DNA of 64,000 nt from positions 7,006,001 through 7,070,000 of the forward strand of contig CM120641.1 in assembly GCA_051362555.1 (NCBI GenBank), written 5' to 3'. Source of the DNA: Lingula anatina. Taxonomy: Eukaryota; Animalia; Brachiopoda. The position numbers were made by a program, and so were the translations under genes. Below are positions 28,201 through 40,100 of the stretch, in pieces; position 1 is the first letter of the stretch, and every line of letters starts with the position of its first letter. Below the pieces are notes generated by a model. It was not told the origin of the DNA. It was given only the letters and a program-made list of their open reading frames with translations, and did not search any database.

Positions 28201-31200
28201 GAATTCTAACTTAATCAGTGGATAAGGCATTCTTTTCTGCATGACTCATTTCAGAGGAAATACTTGCAAACTTGTAGAGCTAAAAAAGCTTCTGGAGGAA
28301 CCAAAGAAGACAACCAAGCATGTATTGTTTCCATTCTGGTGAGTGATTGAGTTGTAAAGCAGAAATTATTTTCTTCCTCAGGCTGCTGATTGCACAAAAA
28401 TTCTTTTTTATTTGCCAAGAAGCTGCTTTTATTTTTTTTTTCACAATAAAATGTGAAAAAAACCTAATTATCTTATAAAAGTGAAAGAGCACCTTTTACA
28501 ATGAATTATGTGAGGTCAAATGCACGAACAGACATTTTTACTCATTTGTAGTACCCTATCAACTGTCTCCCCCAAAACCAGAAATAACATTTAAATGAGT
28601 TCAATCCAATGAATATTCCACTTATCAATTAAATTTTACACCCAATAACATTTCTAATTGTCCAATAGTACATTAAATACCCTAGAAAACAATAAAATTA
28701 ACCACACTAAATGTATTACCAAGTTTTATCACTGAGCTTATAAGGGCAAAATCAAAATGCAATAAAATACTTGGTGACAAGAGTAATAAGATTTCCCCAG
28801 TAATGGGTTCATACAGTATTTACAACTGTAGTACTCTACAGCTCTTTCACACTTGTTGCAGGACAATCCCTCTTCAGCAGGAACACACAGAATAAGAAGT
28901 TATTTAAACACTTCTGTTACTTGCGCCTTTTGCGATAACAGAAATATATCTTAGAATCTTCTTACAGCAGTTGTATTGTTTGTATGTATGTGTTATAGAA
29001 AGGGGGCAGTTCAAAATAAAATTTTTGTGGATTGCACCAAATCCAAAGTATGACATTTACAAAGCTAATGAGTTTTATCAATTTTGGAGAAAATCTTGCT
29101 ATATTTTAAGTTCTAAGTTATTATAAGTTATAATTTTGCTCAATGGAAATACCCACTACCATTATAAAAAAGAAACATGAAATATATATGTACAGTATGA
29201 TTAATATTTGTACAAACTGCTTGCATGAGCTGGAATTTAAATAAATCTAATAATAATGGAATTGTCATTTTGGCTAAAAGATCCCAAGAATTCATTTTCT
29301 GAATCAAAGTTTGAATGGAGAATTAAACATTTTGCCAGAGTGCCCACCCCTGAACTCATCTGTTCACTCCATGACAAGCGAATGCATGTGTGAGACACAT
29401 GGTAAATGTCTTCTATAATGTCAGCATTGTACTTTTTCCAGCCAAAACCTTACACATATTTCCTTACATGTATTTACCATTACGTCTATTAGACAGTCAC
29501 TGAAACATACTGTACTCGTTGAGTTATGGAATGGACCTTATGGCCCAGTTTACACATAGCCCTTTTTCAACCGGATTTGGTTTAACTTGCTCTTACATAT
29601 CCGAGTTGGTTTATCAGTCGGTTTATTTTACTAAATATTATGCACAAGGGTCCCTGGCATCTTATGACCAAAGTTGGACCTGGCATGGGCTGTCATTGTC
29701 TGAACATGTCCTTTGTTCCGCCGTAAAGCGCCAGACAGGGACATGCAGGCACACAACCAGAAGGTTGGTGGTAGTGGTGGTGGTGGTGGTGGTGGTTGGG
29801 GGGGGGGGGGGGGAGAATGGAAGGTAGCATTTCTGACCCAGGATTATATATACACAATGAAACCAAATTTGAGATCAAACATGTTCTGTTGCTCCAAATA
29901 CAAGCAAAGACTGCTATAATTAGGTTCAAATTAACCAGTGGTTATTTGAGATTCCCTAGATGTTCTCTAACAGAAGAGATTTGAGATCTCTTAAAGTGCT
30001 GTGTAAACAGGAGAGTGACAGAGGGGTCAATTTAACTGTGTGAAACAAAATGTCACTTGTCACTCTCTGCTGAATCAAACTCTCTGAAATCAACCATATA
30101 TCTTTCACCCTGAAATAAATATCCACAAGTAAGACAAACATGTTTTAAAGAGGCAATTTAGAGCCCATATGTTGCCTTGTGTCTTTTTAGTAATGTCTTA
30201 GTTTTCTTAAACATTCTTTAAATGATTATGTTACAGATGTACTGTACATAAAGAGTATATTTCTGTAGTTCTCTGAATGAAGTGATATCTGATTGTACTA
30301 AGTTATAAAACTTAAACAATGCCAGTCACTACACCAATACGGGTATTAATGAAAAAAATCCTATCACTAATAGTTATACTATCAAAGTAACTAGAGGATC
30401 AGAGAGGCGATACCGCCTCTGGATATTGTACCACCAGCTGGAGTAAGCGCATTCATATGGACCCCCACCCCACCAAAAAAAAAAAAAAAAAAAAATGGAC
30501 GCCACCACCAGTCTATAAAATGCAATAAACAAGAGTTCTAAAAATAAAAAAATAAAAAAAATCGAAAAACATAACTGTTAAAATGGTCCAATCAAGCAGA
30601 TGTTCAAATTGACCTGTATTTTCCTAACACTGATCACTCCTGTGATTTTCTAGACAATAGGCCTATTGGTTTTCCTTGAAATGCGTTATCAGTATTGCAT
30701 ATATGCTGACAAAAGAGAAAACCTGGGGACAACAGTAAGCAGATCTCTGCTAGCTTTGAAGATATGAAGGGCAAGAAAATATGCAGAGTTCAGTTTGTGG
30801 TGAAAAAGTAGGTCAAAGGTCAATTTCAAGGTCACAGTATATGACTTCCTATATAAGTTCAATAGTAGCTATGGGCATTTCTTTGCCAATTATGGAGATA
30901 TGAAGGCCAAGAAACATGCAAAGTGCAGTCCATCATAAATAGTAGGTCAAAGGTCAATTTCAAGGTCACAGTAAGATTGCCTGTGTATGACTTCCTATTC
31001 AAGTTCAATAGTAACTTTGGACGTATCTCTGCCAGTTTTCGAGATATAAGGGATAGAAAATTTGCAAAGTTCAGTTCATGGTGAAAAGTAGGTCAAAGGT
31101 CAATTTCAAGGTCACAATAAGATTGCCAGTATATGGCTTCCTATTACAGTTCAACAGTAACTATGGGTGTATCTTTGCCAGTTTTGGAGATATAAGGGCT

Positions 31201-32807
31201 GGAAAATTTGCAAAGTTCAGTTCATGGTGAAAAGTAGGTCAAAGGTCAATTTCAGGGTCATATTTAGATTGCCAGTATATGACTTCCTATTCAAGTTCAA
31301 TAGTAACTATGAGCGTATTTTTGCCAGTTTTGGAGATATAAAGATCAGAAAACTTGCAAAGTGCAGTACTGAAAAGTAGGTCAAAGGTCAATTTCAAGGT
31401 CACAGTAAGATTACCTGTATATGACTTCCTATTCAAGTTCAATAGTGACTATGGGCGTATCTTTGCCAATTTTGGAGATATAAAGATCAGAAAACTTGCA
31501 AAGTGCAGTTCATCATGAAAAGTAGGCCAAAGGTCAATTTCAAGGTCACAGTTAGATTACCAGTATATGACTTCCTATTCAAGTTCAATAGTAACTATGG
31601 GCGTATCTCTGCTAATTTTGGAGTATTTCACATTTTCCCCATTGAATATTGTGATGTTGTAATTTTTGATATAGCACAACGCCTAAACCATATCGAAAAC
31701 AAAAAAATGGACACCACTTCCAGTATTGCTCTTGACAAGGTCTACAAAATGCAATAAACAAGAGGTCTCTGGCATTTACCGTTCCAGAATTAGAGCGAGT
31801 TTTCAGTTTTATATCTAATGGCTGCTTCTCCCGTGAAAATGCACCGATTGACCCCAAACTCCCAAAGATGAAAGGAGTCCCCAATGGTAACCCCTCACTA
31901 TAACAGGAGAGCTAAGGGCTGTGTAGTTTCCAAAAATAAGCACAAACAAATATTTTTTTGCAGAAAATTCCCATTTTTAGAAAATTTTGGCTTGTTTGAC
32001 CTTGAAAAAAAGGTCAAAAGTCAAATCCAAGGGCATATTTGGAATCTCCACATATGACTTTCGGTCAGACTTCTGTAGTAATTTTTCCCATAATTCCTTT
32101 GGTTTTGGAGATATTCAGCATTGAATTTTCAAAAATTTTGACAAGGGTGCGTTTCAACAAGCGTCACGCCCAGGCCAATGCACCAACTGAGACAAAAAAA
32201 CCAGGGTGTTCAAGTTGAGATTATATGTGACCTAAATCCAAGAGATGGGGACACAGGTCCTTGTGGTCTAGGAGGAGAAGCGGTAACGGTGACTTGTTTC
32301 CGGCGCCCGACTGCGGAGCCGGCGGAGCCGGCGGAGCTGTACGAGACGGGTCGGGACTAAAACCATGAGTACCGCCAGCGTACACGCTGGTGGTACTAAT
32401 TAATAGTATTAGAGAAATGTCAATTGCCTTCCCCTTGTTATAATTATCAATACACCACAATGCAAAGATTTGTACTCCCACACCTTTTGAAGAAACTTCA
32501 AATGTATGTATAGTATTTTATGAATAGATACAACTTGATGGATGATTTGCAGGACTGATTAAAAATATATACTTTAGGTTAATCATGTCATTGTGAAAGA
32601 AGGTGCAGTTCTTTCATTAAATCCAATACTACTAAAGATTCCTAAAAGACAATAGACAATACATTAAAAGCAAAGTACGTAATTCATCCATTGAAAGAAA
32701 AGAATCAAACATATTAAAACACAATCACTTACTGTGTTTATGACAGCTAGAATACCCGTACTCCACACCAGTAGAGGAGACAGCCATCCACGGCTGGGGC
32801 TGAACAT
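33..32807 (-). CDS. PAPLN: Papilin (ADAMTS-like extracellular matrix proteoglycan), 5' part; 34 coding exons in window, 3' end beyond left edge
   Basis: Phase-compatible exons read on the minus strand: 32733-32807, 23337-23452, 22764-22824, 16986-17088, 15811-15941, 15332-15455, 14966-15046, 14518-14690, 14153-14288, 13841-13967, 13211-13430, 12739-12930, 12228-12401, 9856-10041, 9423-9570, 8938-9134, 8411-8723, 7955-8133, 7424-7612, 7001-7186, 6696-6791, 6458-6553, 6075-6260, 5634-5841, 5202-5336, 4832(or 4814)-4909, 4405-4581, 3861-4037, 3415-3624, 2743-2919, 2302-2517, 1349-1549, 693-810, 33-202. All introns are GT-AG except one probable GC-AG. The order TSP1, Cys-rich, spacer, 6 TSP1, CCxDG repeats, Kunitz array is the invertebrate papilin/lacunin/MIG-6 architecture. 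Confidence 0.93.
4832..9134 (-). CDS. PAPLN: Papilin CCxDG (lagrin-type) Cys-repeat region with S/T/P-rich mucin-like exon
   Basis: About 16 units of C-x3-(Y/F/H)-G-C-C-x-D-G-x6-G-P-x3-G-C over 11 exons; exon 7424-7612 is Thr/Pro/Ser rich ([25 protein letters not shown]...). Confidence 0.9.
9423..14288 (-). CDS. PAPLN: Papilin TSP1 repeats 2-7
   Basis: W-x-x-G/S-x-W-x-x-C-x-x-x-C-x-x-G-x-x-x-R-x-x-x-C repeats, e.g. [40 protein letters not shown]|[16 protein letters not shown]|CSMPCAGG. Confidence 0.92.
10432..12208. mobile_element. Non-autonomous Tc1/mariner (pogo-like) DNA transposon, ~1.8 kb
   Basis: TA|CGGTAATGTGCCAAGCATTTCGAC ... GTCGAATTGTTTGGCATATTACCG|TA imperfect ~24-bp TIRs; CpG-rich relative to flanks; subterminal TCGACC motifs; no transposase ORF. 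Confidence 0.8.
13746..13833. repeat. Degenerate ~24-bp minisatellite (about 4 units)
   Basis: Units begin TGTGTTAGTTGTG, TGTGTTAGTTGTG, TGTGTAAGTTGTG and TGTGTTGGTTGTG at 24-bp spacing. Confidence 0.7.
14518..23452 (-). CDS. PAPLN: Papilin N-terminal cassette: TSP1-1, ADAMTS Cys-rich domain and most of the spacer
   Basis: [26 protein letters not shown] / [15 protein letters not shown] / [14 protein letters not shown] / CELNCIAKG...VEDGTQC...DVCVDGVCK / VGCDLMLES...[14 protein letters not shown] / [12 protein letters not shown] / YYLNAG...[10 protein letters not shown]. Confidence 0.92.
17725..18024. mobile_element. PIF/Harbinger (Tourist-like) foldback MITE, 300 bp
   Basis: TAA|GACCGCGTTCACATCGAG ... 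CTCGATGTGAATGCGGTC|TAA; ~125-bp inverted arms; 3-bp TAA TSD. Confidence 0.88.
20446..20506. repeat. (CA)n microsatellite
   Basis: About 30 perfect CA units. Confidence 0.97.
24936..25194. mobile_element. PIF/Harbinger (Tourist-like) foldback MITE, 259 bp
   Basis: TTA|GGCTTCGTTCACATGCAATG ... CATTGCATGTGAACGAAGCC|TTA; almost the whole element is a near-perfect palindrome. Confidence 0.9.
25218..25294. repeat. (TA)n microsatellite
   Basis: Perfect TA run of about 77 bp. Confidence 0.97.
26176..26283. repeat. Small nested inverted repeat, probable MITE remnant
   Basis: TTTTGCAGCTAGATGACT ... AGTCATCTAGCTGCAAAA enclosing GAGCTTGCTCTCCAG/CTGGAGAGCAAGCTC and a duplicated CAGTAAACAAAAGA; no TSD recognised. 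Confidence 0.55.
30389..32400 (+). mobile_element. Helentron-associated non-autonomous element (HINE/DINE-like) with internal satellite
   Basis: Starts AACTAGAG followed by hairpin AGAGGCG-ATAC-CGCCTCT; ends with hairpin GTACCGCCAGCGT-AC-ACGCTGGTGGTAC then TAAT; central tandem array with AAGGTCA motifs, as in described molluscan HINE-type elements. Confidence 0.75.
30735..31625. repeat. ~146-bp tandem satellite, 6 units
   Basis: GGTCAAAGGTCAATTTC anchor recurs at about 30811, 30945, 31091, 31237, 31379 and 31525 (spacings 134, 146, 146, 142, 146). Confidence 0.92.
32733..32807 (-). CDS. PAPLN: Papilin first coding exon (signal peptide)
   Basis: Acceptor TTTCAG before 32820, ATG at 32807, [25 protein letters not shown], then phase-0 donor GTAAGT; joins in frame to [14 protein letters not shown] of exon 23337-23452. 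Confidence 0.75.
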
Positions 32808-33436
32808 TATGGATGTCTCTCTGAAAACAAGAAATGGAAAATAGTTCAATTTTTATACACAAGAAAATGTGTAGGAAATATAACATTAAAAATATGGGAG
32901 TTTCCGTGCAAGTTTTGATGGCTCTGAGTCATTTACAATGGATAAATTGATACCAAAAACTTACAATACTTGCTGTTATCATATGCTCCAGAACTTTTTC
33001 TTCAGTATTATACAGCAAGAGAGATCCTGAGCAATCAAAAGCCAGCTACCTTATGGCATTTCTACACTTATCTAAATGTATTCCATTAATCACACTCCAA
33101 CCAACCCCTGTTTCTCATTTTTAATCTTAATTAAAATTGTGCAATCGACTTTCTACAACAGTGGTCAGCATAATTGGATATGAAACCCTTAGCTGACCCC
33201 TCCTTCTAGGAATCTGGATTTTGACAAAATCTGATACTTCAAAAGAACTTGGTTTATATCATGCTCAATTTGTGTTATTATTCAATAATCATTAAGTACA
33301 ATAAGTATTAAGTACAATTAGCAATTATTTAATATGACTACTCATGTAAAATACAGATATTTGGCAGAGTCCAAGTGACTCTTATATATATATGTATGAA
33401 GTAGTTAAATTATGTTTTTTGGTATTTGCTCAATAA

Positions 33437-33470
<34 letters not shown>

Positions 33471-34574
33471 GTGCATGTACACAAAAATTTAAGATAATCC
33501 CAGTTTTTTAATGAGGATAACCAACCATTATTCTGCGGAAATAACTTTTTTAAAACTTTTTTTATAAATGGAAAAAATGCAATGAGTATTAGTTTGCTAG
33601 TTGGGAGAAAAATTACATTTTACTCATGGAAAATCCTTTAAGCTGTTGTTTTTATGCTCTAAAATTGCCAACACAGACATTTCCTCCTTTCAAAAGTAAA
33701 ACAGGAAAGAATGAGTGTCACTAAAATTTAACTGTCATCCGATTCTATTTAAAGAGTGTTGCGCTCGTTAATCAACTCATCAATTTTGTCTGGTCTAACA
33801 CATGCATTCACAAGTAAAAAATGTCCTGTTGTTTACAGAACAAAGCTAAAACAACATTGGTACGCACATGTAAATGAATCAAAATAACCAGAAAACTCAC
33901 AATAAGCCTAAGACACAAAAAACTTTCATATATTATGCCAAAATATAACATTATACATCTACAAAATATAACAAATATACTTTTTCAGTACATTTTATTT
34001 TTTTACATTAAAATATCATCAATCCACATCAAAGAAGCACGGAGGCTAGAACAGGAATGCACCATTTCTTACCCTTACACACGCACATACACACACACGT
34101 GACAAGGGGCATGCAGCAGCTCGCGGGCTGGTTTTTTAATCACTGTTTCTGTCGAGAGCAATCATAGCACACCACTTCATTTCCCTTTTCTCTAACCCTG
34201 CCTTCTTGATTTATGAAGGGCCATCATTTTGGAATTTGGCCTTCAGAGCAATTTCTTTTTGAGATAGAAAATTCAAGTCTGTTTGATCACACTCCATTTC
34301 AGAATACTTGTTGCATGTAAATTGCTATATGGAATTGTAAGTGAAAGAAATAAGCTTCAGATCTGGAGAGGAACACAGGAGTCTGGGTCTCTCAAACAAG
34401 TGTATTTCTTCAGTTGAAAAACTCTCGACTTTTTTTTCACCCAAGTAATTGACACATAAAAAACCATTTGTTCATTTTTCTTTCAAAGAAACATTAACAT
34501 GAGACCAGTTTGCAAAAATTGCATGTGCAAGAGCAAAGTGCCAGAATTATTCTTATAGTTCAAAATTGGTGGTC

Positions 34575-34794
34575 CCTCCGACAACAGAGGAGGTTACGTT
34601 CTCGTTACTGTGTGTGGGTTTGTTTGACTGTGCACAGCATTACACAAAAAGTTTATTCATTAGATTTTCAGGATAGGTTACAAATGGGGCAAGGGCAGAA
34701 ATGATTACATTGGTGTTGATTAATTAATTAATGATTAATTATTGGTTAATAATTTGTCTTGGAAGAGGTTGCACTCTCTGAGTGCTTTTCTAGT
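34575..34794 (-). mobile_element. Short decayed Helentron/HINE-like element
   Basis: CCTCCG...GGAGGTTACGTT hairpin, GTGTGTGGGTTTGTTTG tract and terminal GCACTCTCTGAGTGC-TTTTCTAGT hairpin, resembling the widespread HINE layout in reverse orientation. Confidence 0.55.
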
Positions 34795-37700
34795 CTGGTA
34801 ATGTTTTCAACAGGTTGACAATATCATTATTGTTTAGTTTCTTAACCCCATACTTCCATGTAGACCAGCAAACACTGGACCATCTATAATGATTTTGGAA
34901 TGTTAATCAGTAGGGACACTAAGAGGCAATAAGCCTATCACTCTCCTGAGAAGAAAACAGAAAAATAAACATCCACATGCTGCTCTCAGCAAACTTCTCC
35001 ATATGCCAAGGATTTTTCTTCCAAGGGTGGGGTTATCTAGTACACTTCTAGAAATAATACCCCATTCTTTAAGTTTTAAACCTCATAAATGTAGCCAAGG
35101 TACATATAACAGGTGATTGTGGTGGTAGATGTCTGAGTATCATTCTACTTTAATTTTACAGCAACTTTAAATTTTATCTAAAACTATAATTTTATAGTGT
35201 TGGAAATGTCACATCGATTTTTTCATTGTAAGGTTACTGTTGAAACAGGCATATCAAAAAGGAAAAATCCAATTATTCCAACCTCATATTTTTTAAAAAG
35301 AGATCCAATTTCATAACTTATAATGTCCAATATATTCAAACAATGCAGTTTAAATTAGCTTTTAAAAAGTTAACTGTATGTTAAATTTCACTTGGTGCAT
35401 TTGTACATTTCCTCTTTTATAGACCCAGATCAATGTTTTTATAAGCTAATACCTGTAGAAAGTTTGAGTTATCCCAAAGGTATTTTTAACACAGCAGAAA
35501 TCAAAAAGAAAGACATTTTCCTTGCTTGACAACATCCTAAGGACATGGTACACAGTTCCTTAGCTTATTATGTCTAACTGAGTGACTGGGAGACACTGTA
35601 AAGAAACACCAGATTCATTAAGCATACCAAAGGTAAACACAAAAGTTATTTAAAAGTCGAATATGCACATTTTGATGCTTACTCTGAGAATGTTTTTTCA
35701 CCCCAGGGCACCAAGGCATGACAAAGCAGAAGTCAACAAAAATGAAAGTAGCACGAAAGCCTTAGCGTGGAAAGTGGCGGTATAACTTTTCTAGTTCATT
35801 CCACTGCTCGCACACAACACTCAGTATGTACTCGACCTGGGTATTAAACCAAGCAAGGATAAAAAGACGGAAAAGGTCTGCATTTTTCACGATTACAATG
35901 ATAACAATATGCCGTTGGGAGATGAGAATTAATTGGACAAAAAATTCTTAATGCACGAAGAGATGACAACAACTGCACTGTCCATTGGTGCATCAAATCC
36001 TATTTCAATGATGACAACTAGGGTCAAGACAGGAGATCAAAAGAGCCACTTTACAGTGACTTTAGTGGGCAGGAAGTCAGCAAAAGCACAAATATATAAA
36101 TCCTTTACTAACACACTGTACCCACTCAAAAATCCTTACAGATCTACTTCTAACCATGAATGCATTTTGGGCCAGGCATCTCTTAAAGATATTTGAATAG
36201 AGTAGTCTCACCTTACCTAAGGCCAGACAATAACAATTAAGCTGTATCCATTATTCCTGTCAAATCTTTCTTTTGAAAAAATAAACTTTGACACTATTCT
36301 CCAGTTCTGCCATGTACATGACTTTCCAGAGAGAGAAATAGAAAAAAAGGAAATGTCAAATACAGATTTTAGAAATCCCTTCTGTCTTTTGACAGTAATA
36401 TTTCCAGTTTACAAGTTAATTGTGGATAATCACCCACTAAGTGACTTTTCACATCTCCCTATGAACTTTGCAATGTTGAGTGTTAGCAAATGCCAGACCG
36501 TGGCTTAAAGCCATCCTCTCTAGACCTTTCCATATACACCAGATTTCCAGAACACTTGCACATTTCTTCCACATCAATTAATAGCTAAATGCTTTCAAAT
36601 TCCATCAGTCACCACCAGCTTGATGCACTGTATGATTTAATAGCAATGCACTTGCCAAGAACATACTAGAGCCCTTCCTCTTTAAAACTTTAATTTTTCT
36701 GCATCGAAAGCTCACTGTCACATATCCAGTCAATGGTGGCATTTTTTATTTTTAAAAAAGTAAATTAATACCCCAGTGTAAATTATACAGCAGGGAAAGC
36801 AGCCAGACTTCCTAATAAATAAAACTTAAAATTTCTCCCACAACACAGATCCCAGTAAAACTTAAATTTTCTTTCAGACAAAAAAGTTGGCATGCAAAAT
36901 TCTAAAACGCTGAACCAAAATCTTCCTTCTCTCTATCCTATCAACACAACAATCATCATCATCATCATCATCATCATTATAAAGCAGATAATTATTTTGA
37001 AAACTAAAGCCAAATCCCCATACCTGTTGCTTATTCCGCGGAAGCTAAGTTTCCCAATATATAAATATATATCCAGTTAGTTCCAGCTCCCTTCTGGGCT
37101 CCTATCTCCTCTCCTGTCTCACCCTAGTATGGTCTCAGAGGAACCAACACCTAGACTCTGTCTGCTTCAGTACTCTACAATGACTTCATTATGCACACAT
37201 GAAGCCACACTTTTCAGGGGGGCATCTCAAAAGTCACAGAGCACAGTGCAATTTTGGCTCTGGCCTGAAGACTGAAGCCATTTCCTCTGCCAGCAAACCC
37301 ATATGGTATTTACAAAGGGTGCTTTCAACACTACTGAAAGCAACTAAGAGACTTTAATCTTGTGAGCAGTACTGTAACCTGAGGACACATCTGTTGAAAC
37401 CTCTATATCCAATTATCATTTGTATTGTTATATATGAGACTTTTATTGGCAGAACAACAAAATACTGAACATAGGTTTATGCCATATTTCTAAAACAACT
37501 CTCCAATTCCCTTTCTTCAATCTAAATTAATTTGACACAAAATTAAAGTAAGATATATATAAATATAATGTGATCTGCCTCAAAGGCAACATTTCACATA
37601 AATAGAGTACATCAAAGAAGTCTTTCATCACTGAGGATACTCTCAAATGAAATCAGAAACCCTTAGCAGGCAATGTGATACAATGACCACTAATTTGACT

Positions 37701-37871
37701 GATTAAGTTTTTACACCCCCATTTTATCTTTTTGTCTCTCTGCATTAAATAAAGCAGCAAAGCATAGGAAAATACACAAATTGAATCATATTGTAAGCTG
37801 TCTGGAAAGAGTGCCATCGAAGATTAATTATAGAAAACATGGAATTATGCTCATGTTAAACCAAGAAAGCC

Positions 37872-38022
37872 AAGGCATAGCCAAGGGTGTGAGGGAAAGG
37901 GGGGGAGGGGGTGCATACACCACCCTAACCAGGAGGCCAAGAATTACAATGGGGCAGGTAGAAATAAAACAAGAAAAATGGGGTGGCAGTCTCTCTCCAT
38001 GACAGAATCAAGGCTATGCCTT
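37872..38022. mobile_element. Degenerate short hAT-like MITE
   Basis: AAGGCATAGCC ... GGCTATGCCTT termini with G-rich interior; similar layout to 49134-49308; no TSD recognised. Confidence 0.45.
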
Positions 38023-39831
38023 TAGAGAGGAAAATTCAAAGTCTTCCTGTCTTTCCTACTTTTTGTTCTCTATACACCACACATTCTTTCTAATCTGAAT
38101 ACTGCGACAGATTTAATTCATGTCACAAAGAAATACACAGATATCATTTTACAAATATTCATTTCTTCTAAACATTAAAAGCAAACCGGGCCTATTCTGA
38201 ATTACTCAAGCTGAACTGATTAAAATATAGTAACTTACAATTACGATACGGATGATATCAAACACCAGTTCCTTGCTGCTTACAATGTAAACTTAGGTGT
38301 TTAAAAAAAGGAAATGTTGTCTTAACTACCTTTGCCACAGTGTACTATTACAAAAAAGTCTCCCTGCGGCACAAAAACAGAAAACTTGCATAATGATGAA
38401 AAGTGACACACACACCCCCTTATAAAGTTATTTTGTGACAGAAATTGCTTTGAACCTTAAATATCCACCTCACTACTTGAAATAAAACAATTAAAAGGAA
38501 ATACCACTACCTTCTTTAGATTATTTTCACAATTTGGCAATAGATTTGAGACTTTTTAATTAAACTAGTAATAAATAAAAGTGTATGTGAAAAAATAATG
38601 TCTCAGGGTAAAATGTAAATTCTTAAATAATCTAACATCAGTGAACTATCCCAGCCCAACAACCCATTCAAATTCATACAAGAAGACATTAATCATAATT
38701 GAGAGAAATTTTCTAGACAATAGGTAGCCCTGTATACCATGCAAAATGGGTTAAACTTTTTTGTAAAAATGTTACTGAAACTGACACTCACTGCAATATT
38801 TATTCACAAAAACAATCCAGAGTTTATTTATCTGAGCTAATACTTTTTCTGTCTGCTTTGTAAGCAGGGTTAATGCTGTGATATAGCAAGGTTTTGTATA
38901 TTTTACAAAACTGAAGATTGTGACAGAAAATGCAATTAAAATTTCTCTTATAATGTAAAGATATGCACATTTCAGCTTTATTATTAAAAGAGAAAGACAT
39001 AATGGCAATGAGTGTATATGGAATGCAAACATCACTGTGAAATTATTTTCAAAAGAACTATTTTCATATTTTTTTGCATATAATCAAATTGCTTACCTTC
39101 ACAATGCAAAATGAAAGCTTATGTTATCTTTTGACATTGTTAGACCAGCTACATGCATTTACTCAGTTTGTACCACTTTTTAGGTTATATATGCAACTGT
39201 GGCACGAAAACAAATGTATTGTCCTTTTAGAAAAATCTTTATTCGTACTTTCTACACGTCTGATCACTGGTGTATCTCACTTGAATTACGCGCCAACCGC
39301 TTTTTATAGTACAGGGTCACATGACCCACGTGACACAAAAAGGGCGCTAACACCAGCTATACATATTCATTACACCTATTTATACTATAATAAGGTACTT
39401 ATATTATGGTAGGCTACAATTAATATACTATTACATATTTATATATACATGTGAATACGTGTACCCTATTACATATATCTCATACTGCCCAAGAAGATTC
39501 GATAAATAAAGAAAATCTGAACGAGTCAGAGAGAAATGCAAATGATCGGACCATAATACTCAGCAAGTTAGCACAGTAAATTGAAGGGAGTCGCAAATGA
39601 CGTTTGCAAGAAACAACTCATCCAGCCACCAGAATTATTACTGCTACTACTGTAACAGTGTTCATGAGTTAATTTTGTTTTTGTTTAATTACTCTTCTTC
39701 TGTTATCTTTTATTTCTTTTTCGACAAAAGAACATTCCAAGTAATGTACTAATATTAATAATGTCACGACTACCGACCATGTGTCCGACTTTTTGCACAA
39801 TTTCTGTTTCCTTTAAATGCTCTATTCTTAC

Positions 39832-40100
39832 CTGCTGTATTCCTTTTAGTAGTCAGCAAATGCTTCTTCTTCTCATTGATTGCCCAGCAGTATTACCAAA
39901 TGTAGAACTTCAGTCCTCTACGCTGAAAATAGCTAAAATCGCCCCCTTCGCCCCGCCGGTCAGCTGGTCTAAATTTCCCGCAACGAGAGGTGGCACTGCA
40001 GTCACTTCAAAAACCTGTGGCTTCTGCTGGCCACGTCATTGCGATAGTTGTGATAGAATAGAAGTGCATTGTATCTGAAAATGCGATAGTTGTGATAGAG
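39832..40100 (-). promoter_or_regulatory. Candidate papilin promoter and non-coding first exon
   Basis: Local CpG/GC enrichment with GC box (CCCCGCC), TGACGTGG at 40031-40038 (minus), duplicated GATA-containing 18-mer, and a strong donor CAG|GTAAGA at 39832 pointing toward the acceptor at 32820. Confidence 0.5.

Noticed and set aside
29519-29984. ORFs with poly-Val, Gly, His or Pro
   Set aside because: Artefacts of a (GGT)n and poly-G tract.
31167-31884. Similar ORFs 31167-31379 and 31503-31757
   Set aside because: Translations of the 146-bp satellite units; other units contain stops.
35676-35790. Signal-peptide-like minus frame (AFVLLSFLLTSALSCLGALG) near a GTAAGC donor
   Set aside because: No in-frame ATG and a stop before the donor; cannot be supported as an alternative first coding exon.
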